In this document: positions 1-11,895 of the stretch, piece after piece | How positions within the stretch are numbered: position 1 is the first letter of the stretch | How the letters are laid out: the number at the start of each line of letters is the position of its first letter | Assembly (NCBI GenBank): GCA_048128005.1 | Contig: JBEUKZ010000093.1 | Location: 248,001-312,000, forward strand | Reading direction: 5' to 3' | Source: Veleropilina oligotropha | Lineage: Eukaryota | DNA length: 64,000 bases | Program-made: the position numbers and the translations under genes | The notes under the pieces: generated by a model | Databases searched by the model: none | Seen by the model: the letters and a program-made list of their open reading frames with translations, nothing else | What the model was told of the DNA's origin: nothing

Positions 1-436
1 ATAATGTTCTTACTTCAGGTGTGCTTTATTCATCCAATTAACCTTAAACCAAAAATTTATTTGTCACTGAAAGGGAGATAACTCTGATATTTGAATATGT
101 TATTTCAATTTTGGAGCATTTTTCAAATTGCTTTTTTGGAAACTTGCACTATCAGAATTCCTTTAGACTTGTGATATGTTGTGTAAAGGATAAAATACTT
201 TACTTAACTGCAAACATTTCTGTTGCTATTAGTGTGGGGTCAAATCATATAATGACTGGACTACTGTGCATGAACGCATGCGCCCGGTACCATACACATA
301 TTTTTCGATTGTTGAACGAGGTCAGAACGTAAGAGGGTGAAGATAACTTTGTGTTGAGATTAGATCCAAGCAACATTTGCTCTGGAATGTAAGTTACTTC
401 TATCAAAATATACGATAATTAATGTCAACGCCAAGA

Positions 437-580
437 GGAATACCGGACGTTTCGCAACTAAACCAGTTCGTCGAATTTCGACGAAATATCCAGACGTTTC
501 ATCGAATCCTTCAGAATCAGACGTTTCGTCGAATTTCAATACCTTGATTGAAGCTTCAGACGTTTCGTCGAATTTCATAT
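437..580. repeat. Short repeat cluster (GACGTTTCGTCGAATTTC-like), possibly the end of a non-autonomous Mutator-like element
   Basis: Starts GGAATACCGG, followed by 4-5 copies of GTTTCGTCGAA/GTTTCATCGAA. A possible partner end CTGGTATTCC with its own short repeats lies at about 1620-1711. No matching TSD. Confidence 0.3.
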
Positions 581-1758
581 CAAATTGAAAGAGGGTTATA
601 GTAAATCACCCATATAACTGTGGAAATAAGATGCAACAAGCTATCATATTTTATCATATTATGAGAATATATTTTTTATTATGCTGCTGAATTAAAAATA
701 ACTGATGTTTGAATCTTGTGTCTACTGACCGGGCAAGTTTTGTAACGTTCTGCTCAAACACCAAAATTTTCAATGCAGTTATATTGACATAATTTAATAA
801 CAGTGTATGTCATGAGATGACTAAGTATCAAATTTGCATTTTTAAACAAAAATAAATATAGTTTGTTCTGTATAACAAGCCAATGTAGAGTGGAAATAGA
901 AAAACATAACGATTATGTGCTCTCATTAATTCAGACGATTGGCAGATATTGACATGAAATAACTGGTAAAATCAAATATAGAATATTATGTTTCAGATAC
1001 AACATCAATCTAGAAATTTCATTTTGCTTCATGTTAATAAATTACATTTGATAAAATGGTCTTTTCAAAATGACACAACATAACGAGGAAAATGGCCAAA
1101 TTTGATGCTTTGCTATGATAAATCACTAAAATAAAAATTAAAGCATTATGTTTTTTATGAATATTTATTGTAGAAAGACCTGTTTGCTTCTTTTTAAAAC
1201 ATAAAATCATTCCAAACATGCTGTTTTAATTACAATGTGTTGGCATAACGTGTTTTTCATTTAATGTGTACACCTGATCTTGGCTGAGCTAGGCGTATAT
1301 AAATATATTCCATGCGGCAAAAAGGGTCTTGGTATTCTTTGTAGACTGCTGACGTCGAGTCATCTGTGATTCTCGCAGATAAATCTCCATCTCCGTAATT
1401 CACTATTGTGAAATGCAATTTCACATAATGTATCGATAATGTATAAATTACTAAAACATGATACATCCAGCGATATGTTATTTCAAAAGATTGTTAATGC
1501 CGTCCCATGCTTCTTCTTAGAGACAGTGTAAAAGAACATTGATTTAAATGGTTATAATTTTGAATATGCAAATAAATATCCGCAATTCATAATATGACAT
1601 TAATTACTATTAACAGTACGCTCTATTAACCGTAGGCTGAATTGACTGTGTCAATTTTGCTGTTTGACTGTAGACGCTCAATCGACCGTGCGCTCAATTG
1701 ACTGGTATTCCATCTGGAAGAGGATTTCAGTCACAGGCAGTCACGCATTGTCTTTGGG

Positions 1759-1881
1759 AGCCCGATATGTCTGCCCCTAACTGCAAGCTCAAAATTCTGA
1801 TGGTCGCCTGTTTAACCCTAACACTAAACAGGCGACCGTCAGAATTTTGAGCTTGTAAATCAGGGCAGATTTATCTGGCTA
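1759..1881. mobile_element. Small foldback/hairpin element (MITE-like)
   Basis: Inverted arms CAAGCTCAAAATTCTGATGGTCGCCTGTTTA / TAAACAGGCGACCGTCAGAATTTTGAGCTTG around an ACCCTAACAC loop. Direct repeat GTCTTTGGGA at 1750-1759 and 1883-1892. Confidence 0.6.
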
Positions 1882-3195
1882 GGTCTTTGGGAATTAAAGA
1901 GACTATTGCCCGTAAATACACGAGTTGCCTCTGGCACGAGTTGTCCTGACTCCCTCTATCGCACGGTTCGCGCAGATTGATACACATTTTGCGAAGATAT
2001 GATCGATATATGATCAAATGATAGACTTTTATTGAAATTATTATTGTAACTGGGCAATATATGTTATTGTCAAGTAGAAAGCTATCTTACTTGACGAGTA
2101 GAAACCAACGCAGTGTGCTCCAATTAGATCAATTGGAAATGACTGCGGTTTTATTATTTTTAAATATTCAATATAGCGATTAACTTAAACGGTAGCAAAT
2201 TACTGACGAAAGTTGAGTGTTGAAATTTCTTAACTTTTTAAGTTATAAACAAAAAGTATAATGCAGTTAGTTTTCTTTTAAAAAAAGAAAGAGCGCATTT
2301 CCGGCAATAGTATCTTTAAGAAGGGGTTGTTAAAGGTTGAGGTCATTGCTGACATGCGTTTAAACGTAAACTCTTTATTGTGAGTGGAGCGAGTCCTAAT
2401 ATTCGGATGTATGTCTTGTCTCCCCTCATTTATATTATTGAAATCAAAAGAAAACAATAAAAGGGGTATTTTGTGTATTTAATTATCACCTACTCAAAAT
2501 GCATAACAAAGTACTTGCTTCAATCATAACTATTTTTAACCTGTTCTCCGCAGGGTGAAATATTTTCCCATGTTTATCGTTTATCCAATATTCACATATG
2601 ACATGTATGAGAAAAGCGATTGGCGACTAAACGGATTTACAACGCACCCCATATATCACTGCTCTGCACAGTGAAATATTAGGTTTCGTAATGCAATTCA
2701 TATGATAAAACAGTGGTATTTCGTCTCCTTTACTTTATACCTCTTGGAGACCAACCGAAATTGAATAGGACCATCCATCTTAAAATCTCTCAAATATTGA
2801 TTATCAAATGCAGGCCTGCAATAACCAAATGTAAAATATCTTGTTTGAACATGCACAATAATGTTGGGTCAAATGATTTGCATTGCTATACATGTACTAA
2901 CTGGATCATGAATAGAATTGCTTAAGTTTTTGGAAGTCATTAAAATAAATTAGTTGAATGATGGTGGTGCGATTGTGTTTTGGAATGTCAGTTCCTACAG
3001 CGACCACCGTTGTCAAAATTAGGTGTGCACAAACAATGATCAGCCCATGACAATAAGGATTTTGGTCTACTTGTCCATCGGACAAGGTAGTCGAAAACTC
3101 AACTTGTCCGAACTTTTATTTTGGTTGTCCCGGACGACCGGACAAGCCTTAATGTCGAGGCCTGAATGATGATGCAAGTATTTCTCATACAAGTG

Positions 3196-3458
3196 CTTCG
3201 GTAGCGCAGTGGGTAGAGTGTCCACTCTAAATTCACTGGCTTGTTTCCGCTGACGCGAACAGTAGTGGGATCGACCCCCGGCTGAGGCAGCACACATTTG
3301 TTCAAGTTATGAAGCACAGTTGTCCGTGACTGGCCGAAGAGGGCGGGTTTACCCGGTGACCGGGGTTTCCTCCCGCGATAACACGGACATGTCCTGCCTT
3401 GAACCTCGATGTTATCAATATACAGGACATTAAGCATAATTCCTCCTCCTCCTCCTCC
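3196..3458 (+). mobile_element. tRNA-derived SINE (family A, young copy)
   Basis: Box A-like TAGCGCAGTGG, box B-like GGATCGACCC and a (TCC)n tail. TSD ACAAGTGC at 3189-3196 and 3459-3466. Near-identical copies at 56183 and 62424. Confidence 0.85.
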
Positions 3459-5122
3459 ACAAGTGCGATATTAGTACGTGCCATTCTATCCAAGCATGCA
3501 TACAATTATAACAATTGTACTTGAGAGATGAAAATCTTGTGGACACAGTCAGGTTGGTCTGACTTGTCAATGAAGTTGATGCTCATCGAGTGTACTGTGT
3601 ATAATAAATAAGCCATTTATATAAAACAAGGCAAATTAATTAATTTTGATGAAAAATTATGTTACATGTCATATATTCGGAAATGTTATAATATATATAT
3701 ATATAATATAAATAATGCAGTATGCACAGCAAAGTTGAATTGTTGAGATTATGTGGTCAATCTGACCATGCTAAATTTTGCAATAATTATGTAAATCGCA
3801 TCATTCTGCAGGATCTAGGTAATATACCTCAACTGTTCTCGACCTAATACTAGTGGTGCTTGGAACAATTTTGTGTCATTACCGGAGACCTTCAATGTGC
3901 ATACAATCTCAATTACTGGCATCTGTTCTTTTCTTCAGGTGATGCTAAAGTCATAACAAAGTCGTGATTATAAACTGATGGTGCTTACGTATATATCGGA
4001 TATCCATATTGAAGATTCATTTCGGGGTCAATACAACAGAGAAAAAGACGTAAGTAATAAAAAAAAATAACATTTGTGATGCTGAATGAAATGAAATTGA
4101 CATTTAAATTGCTTTCCATTTACATCATAGATAATTTGTCAGACATTGTGTAGAAGAATGATTTTCATTTGATCACTATTTCGGCTGTACAATTGCAAAC
4201 ACGATTAAGATCAATGGGACTGCTCGCCATGTCAATCTTAGGTACTCACTACTCCGAAATGTTAAATATTTATTATATGTACAGTATTTAACTTTTGTGC
4301 GATTCTCAAAATCGTTAAGTAGAAAACAACAGCTGTGCTATTTTCCCCTTTCAAATTAGGCCACCGGATAGTTGATTGATTTACAGTGGGACTCTTGATT
4401 CATACGCTTGCATGATCTCTCTCACGGAAGTGGGTTCAAATCCTTGATAATACATGATCGCATGTATTGACTAAAACTTGTCCCGTTATCACCTCAAGGT
4501 TGTTAAATCATGAAACATCAAGCACGGCTCGAACCAAGCCTTTCAAAACATAATAATTCTGCACTTTGTATATAACAAATTATCTTGCTTATGCATTTCA
4601 CGTCTTCGTTTTAATGTAAATGTTGCTTCTGTAAATTATTCTAAAAGATTCTGTCTTATTTAAATTACTAATCCATATCAAACCTAAGTATTAGTTACCA
4701 GAAACACATAAAATATTGAGTATGTTGCCTTTCTATTAATTTTCAGATGTCTTGGACACGGACCAAACTCTGAATGAAATGCCAAGCCGCTGAGTCGATG
4801 AAGAATACACCAACAATCTCCTATATTTCATCAGTGGATTCAGTGATGTAATCGCGAATCCTGCTCCAAAGAAAAGGTTTTCAGTGCAGCGTGCAGGAAA
4901 TATTTAGTTATTATTGAGCAAGTGAGAAGGAATAACTTTTTGACGTTATTTAGTTGATTAAATGCATTCATTCTGTCGGCATGCTTGGCCCCACAAGAAA
5001 AACTGAACATGATAACTACACATGAGTGAATTATCGTCTACTGTGTCTGCGATAAATCAGCACTCTCATGCTCCATAATATGCTAATCAACACGAGGGAA
5101 AAATAGAAATCTCATCCTTGCA

Positions 5123-6319
5123 GTGAGCCCTGCACGTCGTCTTCAAATTTTCATTATCTATGGTAACATGCTGCAATCCATACAGGATGGAAAAAGTATC
5201 CCTGTACTTTATGTGACAGGTGATTTAACAAGTCCAGTCGTCTCTATGAACACACCCATGCCGGATAAAAAGGTGTACACATGTAGTATCTGCGACAAAT
5301 CATTTAGCCATTCAAGCGGTATCAAGCAGCATATGTTAATCCACACAGACGAGAAACCTCATCAATGCAGTGTCTGCGACAAATCATTTCGCCTTTCAAG
5401 CACTATCAATGTGCACATGCTTATCCACACAAAAGAGAAACCTCATCAATGTAGTATTTGCAATAAATCATTTTCACAGCATGGCCATCTCAAGAACCAT
5501 ATGCTAACTCATACAGGACAGAAACCTCACCAATGCACTGTGTGCCACAAGTCGTATTCAAGTTCTCAGTATCTCCGTCGGCATGCTGCCATTCATACTG
5601 GAGAGAGGCATCAATGCACTGTGTGTGACAAGTCGTATTCAAGTTCTCAGTCTCTCCGTCAGCATGCTGCCATTCATACTGGAGGGAAGAAGTATCCATG
5701 CTCTTTATGCGACAGGTCGTTTATTTCAAGAAGCAATCTCGGTAAACATATTTTAACCCATACAGGAGAAACCCCTTATCAGTGCAGCATCTGTGACAAG
5801 TCATTTAACCGATCAGGCACTCTCAATGTGCACATGCTAATCCACACCAAAGAGAAACCTCATCAATGCACTGTGTGTTACAAGTCATTTACACATTCAA
5901 GCAGTCTCAAGCATCATATGCTTAATACACATACAGGACAGAAACATCACCAATGCACTGTGTGCCAACAGTCGTATTCAAGTTCTCAGTCTCTCCGTCG
6001 GCATGCTGCCATTCATACTGGAGGGAAGAAGTATCCATGCTCTTTATGCGACAGGTCGTTTATTTCAAGAAGCAATCTCGGTAAACATATTTTAACCCAT
6101 ACAGGAGAAACCCCTTATCAGTGCAGCATCTGTGACAAGTCATTTAACCGATCAGGCACTCTCAATGTGCACATGCTAATCCACACCAAAGAGAAACCTC
6201 ATCAATGCACTGTGTGTTACAAGTCATTTACACATTCAAGCAGTCTCAAGCATCATATGCTTAATACACATACAGGACAGAAACATCACCAATGCACTGT
6301 GTGCCAACAGTCGTATTAA
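5123..6319 (+). CDS. C2H2 zinc-finger array protein (5' part of disrupted ZF gene 1)
   Basis: About 12 CxxC-x12-HxxxH fingers with HTGEKP-like linkers. The ORF ends at TAA where sister repeats have TCA, and finger sequence continues in frame to 6566. Confidence 0.9.
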   Translation: MSPARRLQIFIIYGNMLQSIQDGKSIPVLYVTGDLTSPVVSMNTPMPDKKVYTCSICDKSFSHSSGIKQHMLIHTDEKPHQCSVCDKSFRLSSTINVHMLIHTKEKPHQCSICNKSFSQHGHLKNHMLTHTGQKPHQCTVCHKSYSSSQYLRRHAAIHTGERHQCTVCDKSYSSSQSLRQHAAIHTGGKKYPCSLCDRSFISRSNLGKHILTHTGETPYQCSICDKSFNRSGTLNVHMLIHTKEKPHQCTVCYKSFTHSSSLKHHMLNTHTGQKHHQCTVCQQSYSSSQSLRRHAAIHTGGKKYPCSLCDRSFISRSNLGKHILTHTGETPYQCSICDKSFNRSGTLNVHMLIHTKEKPHQCTVCYKSFTHSSSLKHHMLNTHTGQKHHQCTVCQQSY

Positions 6320-6525
6320 AGTTCTCAGTCTCTCCGTCAGCATGCTGCCATTCATACTGGAGGGAAGAAGTATCCATGCTCTTTATGCGACAGGTCGTTT
6401 ATTTCAAGAAGCAATCTCGGTAAACATATTTTAACCCATACAGGAGAAACCCCTTATCAGTGCAGCATCTGTGACAAGTCATTTAACCAATCAGGCAACC
6501 TCAATGTGCACATGCTAATCCACAC
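5662..6525 (+). repeat. 339-bp (four-finger) tandem duplication inside the ZF array, about 2.5 copies
   Basis: GCATGCTGCCATTCATACTGGAGGGAAGAAG recurs at 5662, 6001 and 6340 with near-identical sequence following it. Confidence 0.9.
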
Positions 6526-6576
6526 GGGAGAGAAACATCATCAATGTAATGTGTGTTATAAGTCATATATAGTTAC

Positions 6577-6792
6577 AAACATACTTACGTCCTTACTCTT
6601 GCCATAATAGTAATATTATTGCCAACCGGAAACAGTGAATAAGTCACGTTATGCACTATTAATAAGTCAAAGACGCAAAAACGTACCACGGTTACCTCCC
6701 CTGCTCCTCCTCAACCACGTTCCCCCGCGAGATCTCGCCAAGTCTCGCGAGACTTCTGAACCATAGAAGTCACATGACATCAATTCAAAGTT
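6577..6792 (+). repeat. DIRS left inverted terminal repeat (216 bp)
   Basis: Reverse complement of 13793-14008; no mismatch seen by eye. Confidence 0.95.
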
Positions 6793-7571
6793 TTCCGCTG
6801 CCGCGGAAAGACGTTGTTTTGCTCCGCAAATATTTCGAAATAGGCGCCCGATTTCATGTTAAATCTGGGCGCAGTATTCTACTTATATCGATTATAAGTA
6901 GTGGAATATAACCCTGTGTTGTGGATATAAAACACAAGTGAATTTAAGAAGAGTGATTCTCAAAACTTCGAGGAAGTTCTGGACATCAAGTGAAACCGAC
7001 ATCGTCGTCAAGGACGCCGTGGCTGTTAAAAATGGCCGCTTAGAGGGAAAGTTTCGAGTTTAGCTGAAATTTCTGGTCGGTATATTTATCTGATATTGTT
7101 TGAGACTGCAAACAGGTAACTCATTATATTGGATAATTCCTTAACAACGCTATTTGCTGGTTATTTATTATTATATAAAAAATTTCTAGCGTTGTTAAAA
7201 GGCAGGATCTTTTGATATCACGCTTGCGTTTTTTCTGATATCCTGCCGTTGCTGGGATAATACGCCATTGTACTAACATAAAAACATCCACGAGGTTTTC
7301 AGGTGTTTTCTGGGCGGTTTTTTCGAGGAAAGAACCACCGTTTGTTTTAGTCAATTTGCCGGGTTACCGGGTCGGTCGGGTAAAATACCCAACCTCGGTG
7401 TTCCCAGTTCGGGGTCTTATTAACGGTATATCGCTTGATCTTTGATCTTCAGATCAGGACAATTCTGTGAGTTGTCGTAGTACTCCATCCAAGGAAAGAA
7501 GTCACAACTACCATATATATACCTATTTACCTACCCCGTCTACCCATGTCCACCCGCCCGTGTATTTAGCT

Positions 7572-9821
7572 ATGGTCCGGTGCAGTAGCTCCGGGTGTAA
7601 CCAGAAAATTCACGGATTTGATAGGCACAAGGAATGTCGTATTCACCGTAGCTGTAATATACAACATCAATGTGATCTGTGCTTTCTTCTATCAGATAAG
7701 CAGTGGGCAGTCCTGTCTCACCAGGGTAAGTCGACCAGGGCGGCTGCCACGGTGGGTCCTCCCCCGGAGAAGGGTCAGGAAGAGACCGGTAAGTTACATA
7801 ATGTTTCTTCCTTGTCTGCTTCAGGGACGCTGGACGACAGCCGACACAAGGGGACGTCTGTCGCCGGATCCACCGGCGAAACCTCCGCGACTCTTCGGGG
7901 AGTCACCGAAACCTTGCCGGTACCCCAGATTCAGGTAAAGACCCGAGTGTCGACCGTTCCTCCTCAACTGGGCCTAGTAACTGCAGTCAGCCATACCTTG
8001 CCGGCTAGCAAGGTATACATGACAGCGCAGCGAACAGCTGAACAGGGCAGACCATCCCCATCCTTTTCTTCGGCCTCGAAGAATAAGGGGACAGTTAGTC
8101 CTTCTGCGGGAAACTCACCGTCTTCCTACGGTGACAGACCCAATGCAGAGAAAGCCTTTAAAGAGGCCGGGCACCTACTTGTAGGTCTAAGACTCGGACA
8201 ATCGGCGAAACCTGAATCCTCGGTCGAGAACGATGCGACTACCCCTAGGGGTTTTCCGCTCAACCTCGAAGCTCACGAGACATTCAGAGGGCCCGGTCTC
8301 TCCCGTGCACCCACCGTGGTCACGCTAGAGAACGTGGACAGACCGGCTGCGTTCGGGACGGGGTTCTACGGCGGTTTTCCGTCCGTGCCTCGCTCGAGCA
8401 GAGTGGTAGACCGATCAGAACTGTTGCCGCAGTCCTATCGGTCGTCCGGCCCACTGACTGTGCCTTCGGGCCAGTCCTTCGGGTTCGACCCCTCGACAAG
8501 TGCCCGTGGACCCTGGTCCTCGGTTCGACCTGTCAATGCAGCCCGTCTACCTAGCGCCACGGTTACCTCGACAGAACTACCGGCTGTTAGTTCGTCGCCC
8601 GTCCTGCCTTCGGGTTTCTCTTTTGAGAACGTCCAGGCATGGATCGCGGCGGGGATCGAGGAACGGTGTAAGGCCTGGCTGACGGCTCCCGAGCCGCACC
8701 AGGTACCTACACATCTGCCCATGGCGCAGAGCACGGCTCCTGCCTCAGTGATGGACATCGACCCTCGTTCCGACGAGGACCTCGGTTCCAATCACACCGA
8801 CCTCCCTGAATCGGTCGGGCCCGAAGACATTAGTCTTACAGGCACGCAGGAGCCGACCTCCTCCACCCGCCGAAGGCTCGACGCCGTTGCGTCACTTCGC
8901 GGGGTGCTTGGCTTGTCGGAACCGACTCGGTCGGCTGTAGACGTAGCCAAGCATAGGACGGCAGCACATCGGTTTGTCAGTAGGGAAGCCCCCGAGCTCC
9001 CCTCCTTACCTCAGTCCGGGCTGGTAGATCTGGTTGTAGACTCGATCACCAAGCTCGTTCAGGGGCGCAATCCGGTGGAGTCCTCCCCGCTGAACGAGTT
9101 CCCTTCGGGGTTCCGTAGTGGGAGGTACCTCCGGGCCAGTACTCGAGCGATCCCGTTCGAATGCACTGGTCCGTGCCTGGCGACTGAGCCGGCTCGTGTT
9201 GACGCTTCGTTGCGTCGACTGACCGCCAGTCACACTCCCTCCGTAGCGAAAGTTCCTTGGTCCGCCTTGGAAGCTTTCGAGAGCGCCGCCCGACGGGCTC
9301 TACGGCTATCGTCTGTTCAGGACTTTTTCTTGGACGGCGCGATAGCCGTACTACAGGAGAATGGACCCGGCGCCACCGAGGCTGCCCTGTCCTTCCTCCA
9401 GGAGGTTGCTGCCGCGCAGGAGACCAGCGCGTTGGAGACGGGACGTGTCCTGGGCAATGCCCTCCTACTTCGTAGGGATGCTTGCCTGGAAGGTACCCCG
9501 CTGGACGAGCCCACCCGGCGCTCGTTGCGATGCGTACCTTGCTCGGCCACCACTCTCTTTGGTGACAACTTTTCGGAGTTTGTTGACAAGAGAGCGGCGG
9601 ACATGAAGGACCGTGCCATCGAGAAGGCAGTACTGCTCCCCACCCGGGGTCCACCTGCCAACTCGAAGAAGCGCTCCAGGCCCACCCCGGCCCCGAAGCC
9701 TTCTAAGCGTGCGAAGCCCTCTTCGGGTGGTAGGCCTCCGGCCAATAAACCCACTCCAAAGAGGCAAGCACCTCCAGCGAAATCCCGCAAGCAGAGCGGG
9801 AGAGGGAAGCCTCGGCCCTAG
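7572..9821 (+). CDS. DIRS ORF1 (gag-like), N-terminal Cys/His zinc-binding region
   Basis: First ATG at 7572 (MVRCSSSGC...HKECRIHRSC...CDLC). Low-complexity middle, helical C-terminal domain with LLRRDACL, basic tail. Position matches DIRS ORF1. Confidence 0.85.
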   Translation: MVRCSSSGCNQKIHGFDRHKECRIHRSCNIQHQCDLCFLLSDKQWAVLSHQGKSTRAAATVGPPPEKGQEETGKLHNVSSLSASGTLDDSRHKGTSVAGSTGETSATLRGVTETLPVPQIQVKTRVSTVPPQLGLVTAVSHTLPASKVYMTAQRTAEQGRPSPSFSSASKNKGTVSPSAGNSPSSYGDRPNAEKAFKEAGHLLVGLRLGQSAKPESSVENDATTPRGFPLNLEAHETFRGPGLSRAPTVVTLENVDRPAAFGTGFYGGFPSVPRSSRVVDRSELLPQSYRSSGPLTVPSGQSFGFDPSTSARGPWSSVRPVNAARLPSATVTSTELPAVSSSPVLPSGFSFENVQAWIAAGIEERCKAWLTAPEPHQVPTHLPMAQSTAPASVMDIDPRSDEDLGSNHTDLPESVGPEDISLTGTQEPTSSTRRRLDAVASLRGVLGLSEPTRSAVDVAKHRTAAHRFVSREAPELPSLPQSGLVDLVVDSITKLVQGRNPVESSPLNEFPSGFRSGRYLRASTRAIPFECTGPCLATEPARVDASLRRLTASHTPSVAKVPWSALEAFESAARRALRLSSVQDFFLDGAIAVLQENGPGATEAALSFLQEVAAAQETSALETGRVLGNALLLRRDACLEGTPLDEPTRRSLRCVPCSATTLFGDNFSEFVDKRAADMKDRAIEKAVLLPTRGPPANSKKRSRPTPAPKPSKRAKPSSGGRPPANKPTPKRQAPPAKSRKQSGRGKPRP

Positions 9822-11895
9822 GGCTGCCGGCATTCGCGACGGCCCCAGTTGCCCGCTCCCGCCGGTGGGAGCGTGCCTGTTAGCACACAGCCAGCCCTGG
9901 CTAGAGCTGACAGACAGCAACTGGGTCCACTTAGTCGTGAGTGCCGGATACAAGTTGGCATTCAACCGGCATCCGACCTTAACCGAGGCACCACCAACAA
10001 GACACGCTCGACTCCTAAACGGAGAGAAACAAGCGGTCTTAGACCAGGCAGTGCGGGATTTGCTCCTAAAAAGAGCGATATATCCCGCGCCGCCCAGCAC
10101 ACCAGGATTTTACAGCCATTTCTTCCTGGTCCCGAAACCCGATGGCCGCTGGAGACCGATCCTCGATCTCTCGTACCTAAACCGATATCTTCGTACCGAG
10201 AAATTCCAGCAAGAAACCCTCTCGAAGATTCGAGCGGCCATCCGTCCGGGCGACTGGGCAGCGTCTATCGATCTCGCCGACGCGTATCTGCATGTCCCGA
10301 TGCATGTCACGGCTCATCAGTACCTTCGGTTTATACACGGGGAGACGATCTACCAATTCAGGTGCCTACCGTTCGGTCTATCGTCAGCCCCGTACGTCTT
10401 CACGAGAACAGTACAGGCCCTAGGGGCCTTCCTACACTCTCTAGGGCACAGGGTACATATGTACCTCGACGACTGGCTGATCCTCGGGGCGTCCCGGGAT
10501 CTGTGCCTCCGGTCTACGAGCTTTACCCTGTCATCGACGAAGCGCCTGGGATTTCAGATCAACGAGACAAAATCCTGCTTCGTGCCCTCGACGACGTTTA
10601 CGTTCCTCGGAGTCGACTTCGATACGGTCCGGTACACCGCGAAGCCGACCCAGAAGCGTATGCGGAACCTACGCGCGGTTATCCAAGACACCCTGTCATC
10701 GGACATAACTACGGCGCGACAACTGGCCACTGTCCTGGGGCACATCGAGTCGGTAGCGCCCCTGCTACCGACGGGTCGCATGGACAAAAGACCGTTACAA
10801 CAGGCGTTCAGGGATCGCTGGATACAACGGACGGGGCAGTGGACGGATCGCATCGATCTACGGCATTGGTTTACCGACACGACAGCAGTGTGGTTGAACC
10901 CCGCTTTGCCGGACCAGTTGGTTCCTATATCCCCACCAGAGCCGAACGCTTACCTGTTCACAGACGCTTCGAACGACGGCTGGGGTGGTCACCTCGACAG
11001 TTACGAGACATCAGGCCTATGGCCGACAGACCTTCAGGGACGACATATCAACTTCCTAGAGTTAGAAGCCGTCTTCCTGTCAGTACGGTCCCTCTCGTTA
11101 CATCTCCGCAACAAGCATATAATGCTCGCCACGGACAACACGACTGTCGTCGCTTACATACAGCACCAGGGCGGTACTCGCTCGCGTCCCCTATGCGACC
11201 GAGCAATAGACCTACACCGCTTAGTGATGTCCCTCAACTCGACGATTCGAGCCCGACACATCCCGGGAAAGCTGAATGTCAGAGCGGATTCGCTCTCTCG
11301 GAGATCACAGATAATACACACAGAGTGGACGCTACACAGCCGAGTAGCTCGGGATGTTTGCCGCCGGTGGTCGCAACCCCAAGTCGATTTGTTTGCAACA
11401 GAATTCAATTACCGACTACCTCTGTATGTCTCCCCGTACCCAGACCCGGCCGCCCTAGCGGTCGACGCAATGTCAATGACATGGGAGAATCTGTCCGCGT
11501 ATGCCTTCCCCCCGACGTGCATTCTATCACTGGTATTACAGAAGGCAGCGACCGAACGTTGCGAGATAACGCTAATAGCGCCCCTGTATCGCACGCAACC
11601 TTGGTTTCCGACCCTCCTCGATCTGATCGTCGATCGACCGTTAGCGTTACCGCAGAAACTAGACCTGTTAATGCAACCACGCTCCCGTGTACTCCACGAG
11701 TCGCCGAACCACTTACGTTTACACGCCTGGCGGTTATCGAACGATCCCTTGCTAAGAAAGGATTTTCTAAAGCTACAGCCTTACGTATCTATCTATCGAG
11801 AAGGATTTCCACTACAAAAGTCTATGACTACCGATGGGTTAAGTACGTGGATTGGTGTCACAGCAGGCAGGTCAATATACTCCGTCCCCCTGTGA
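9613..11895 (+). CDS. DIRS reverse transcriptase / RNase H / methyltransferase-like protein
   Basis: RT motifs FLVPKPDGRWRPILDL, IDLADAYLH, LPFGLSSAP, YLDDWL. RNase H motifs FTDAS, HINFLELEA, TDNTT, ADSLSR. MT-like DLFAT...YAFPP. True start is uncertain. Confidence 0.95.
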   Translation: MPSRRQYCSPPGVHLPTRRSAPGPPRPRSLLSVRSPLRVVGLRPINPLQRGKHLQRNPASRAGEGSLGPRAAGIRDGPSCPLPPVGACLLAHSQPWLELTDSNWVHLVVSAGYKLAFNRHPTLTEAPPTRHARLLNGEKQAVLDQAVRDLLLKRAIYPAPPSTPGFYSHFFLVPKPDGRWRPILDLSYLNRYLRTEKFQQETLSKIRAAIRPGDWAASIDLADAYLHVPMHVTAHQYLRFIHGETIYQFRCLPFGLSSAPYVFTRTVQALGAFLHSLGHRVHMYLDDWLILGASRDLCLRSTSFTLSSTKRLGFQINETKSCFVPSTTFTFLGVDFDTVRYTAKPTQKRMRNLRAVIQDTLSSDITTARQLATVLGHIESVAPLLPTGRMDKRPLQQAFRDRWIQRTGQWTDRIDLRHWFTDTTAVWLNPALPDQLVPISPPEPNAYLFTDASNDGWGGHLDSYETSGLWPTDLQGRHINFLELEAVFLSVRSLSLHLRNKHIMLATDNTTVVAYIQHQGGTRSRPLCDRAIDLHRLVMSLNSTIRARHIPGKLNVRADSLSRRSQIIHTEWTLHSRVARDVCRRWSQPQVDLFATEFNYRLPLYVSPYPDPAALAVDAMSMTWENLSAYAFPPTCILSLVLQKAATERCEITLIAPLYRTQPWFPTLLDLIVDRPLALPQKLDLLMQPRSRVLHESPNHLRLHAWRLSNDPLLRKDFLKLQPYVSIYREGFPLQKSMTTDGLSTWIGVTAGRSIYSVPL

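Noticed and set aside
437..1711. Single Mutator-like element bounded by GGAATACC / GGTATTCC
   Set aside because: The terminal match is only about 8-10 bp, subterminal repeats differ and no 9-bp TSD was found. Kept only as a low-confidence repeat.
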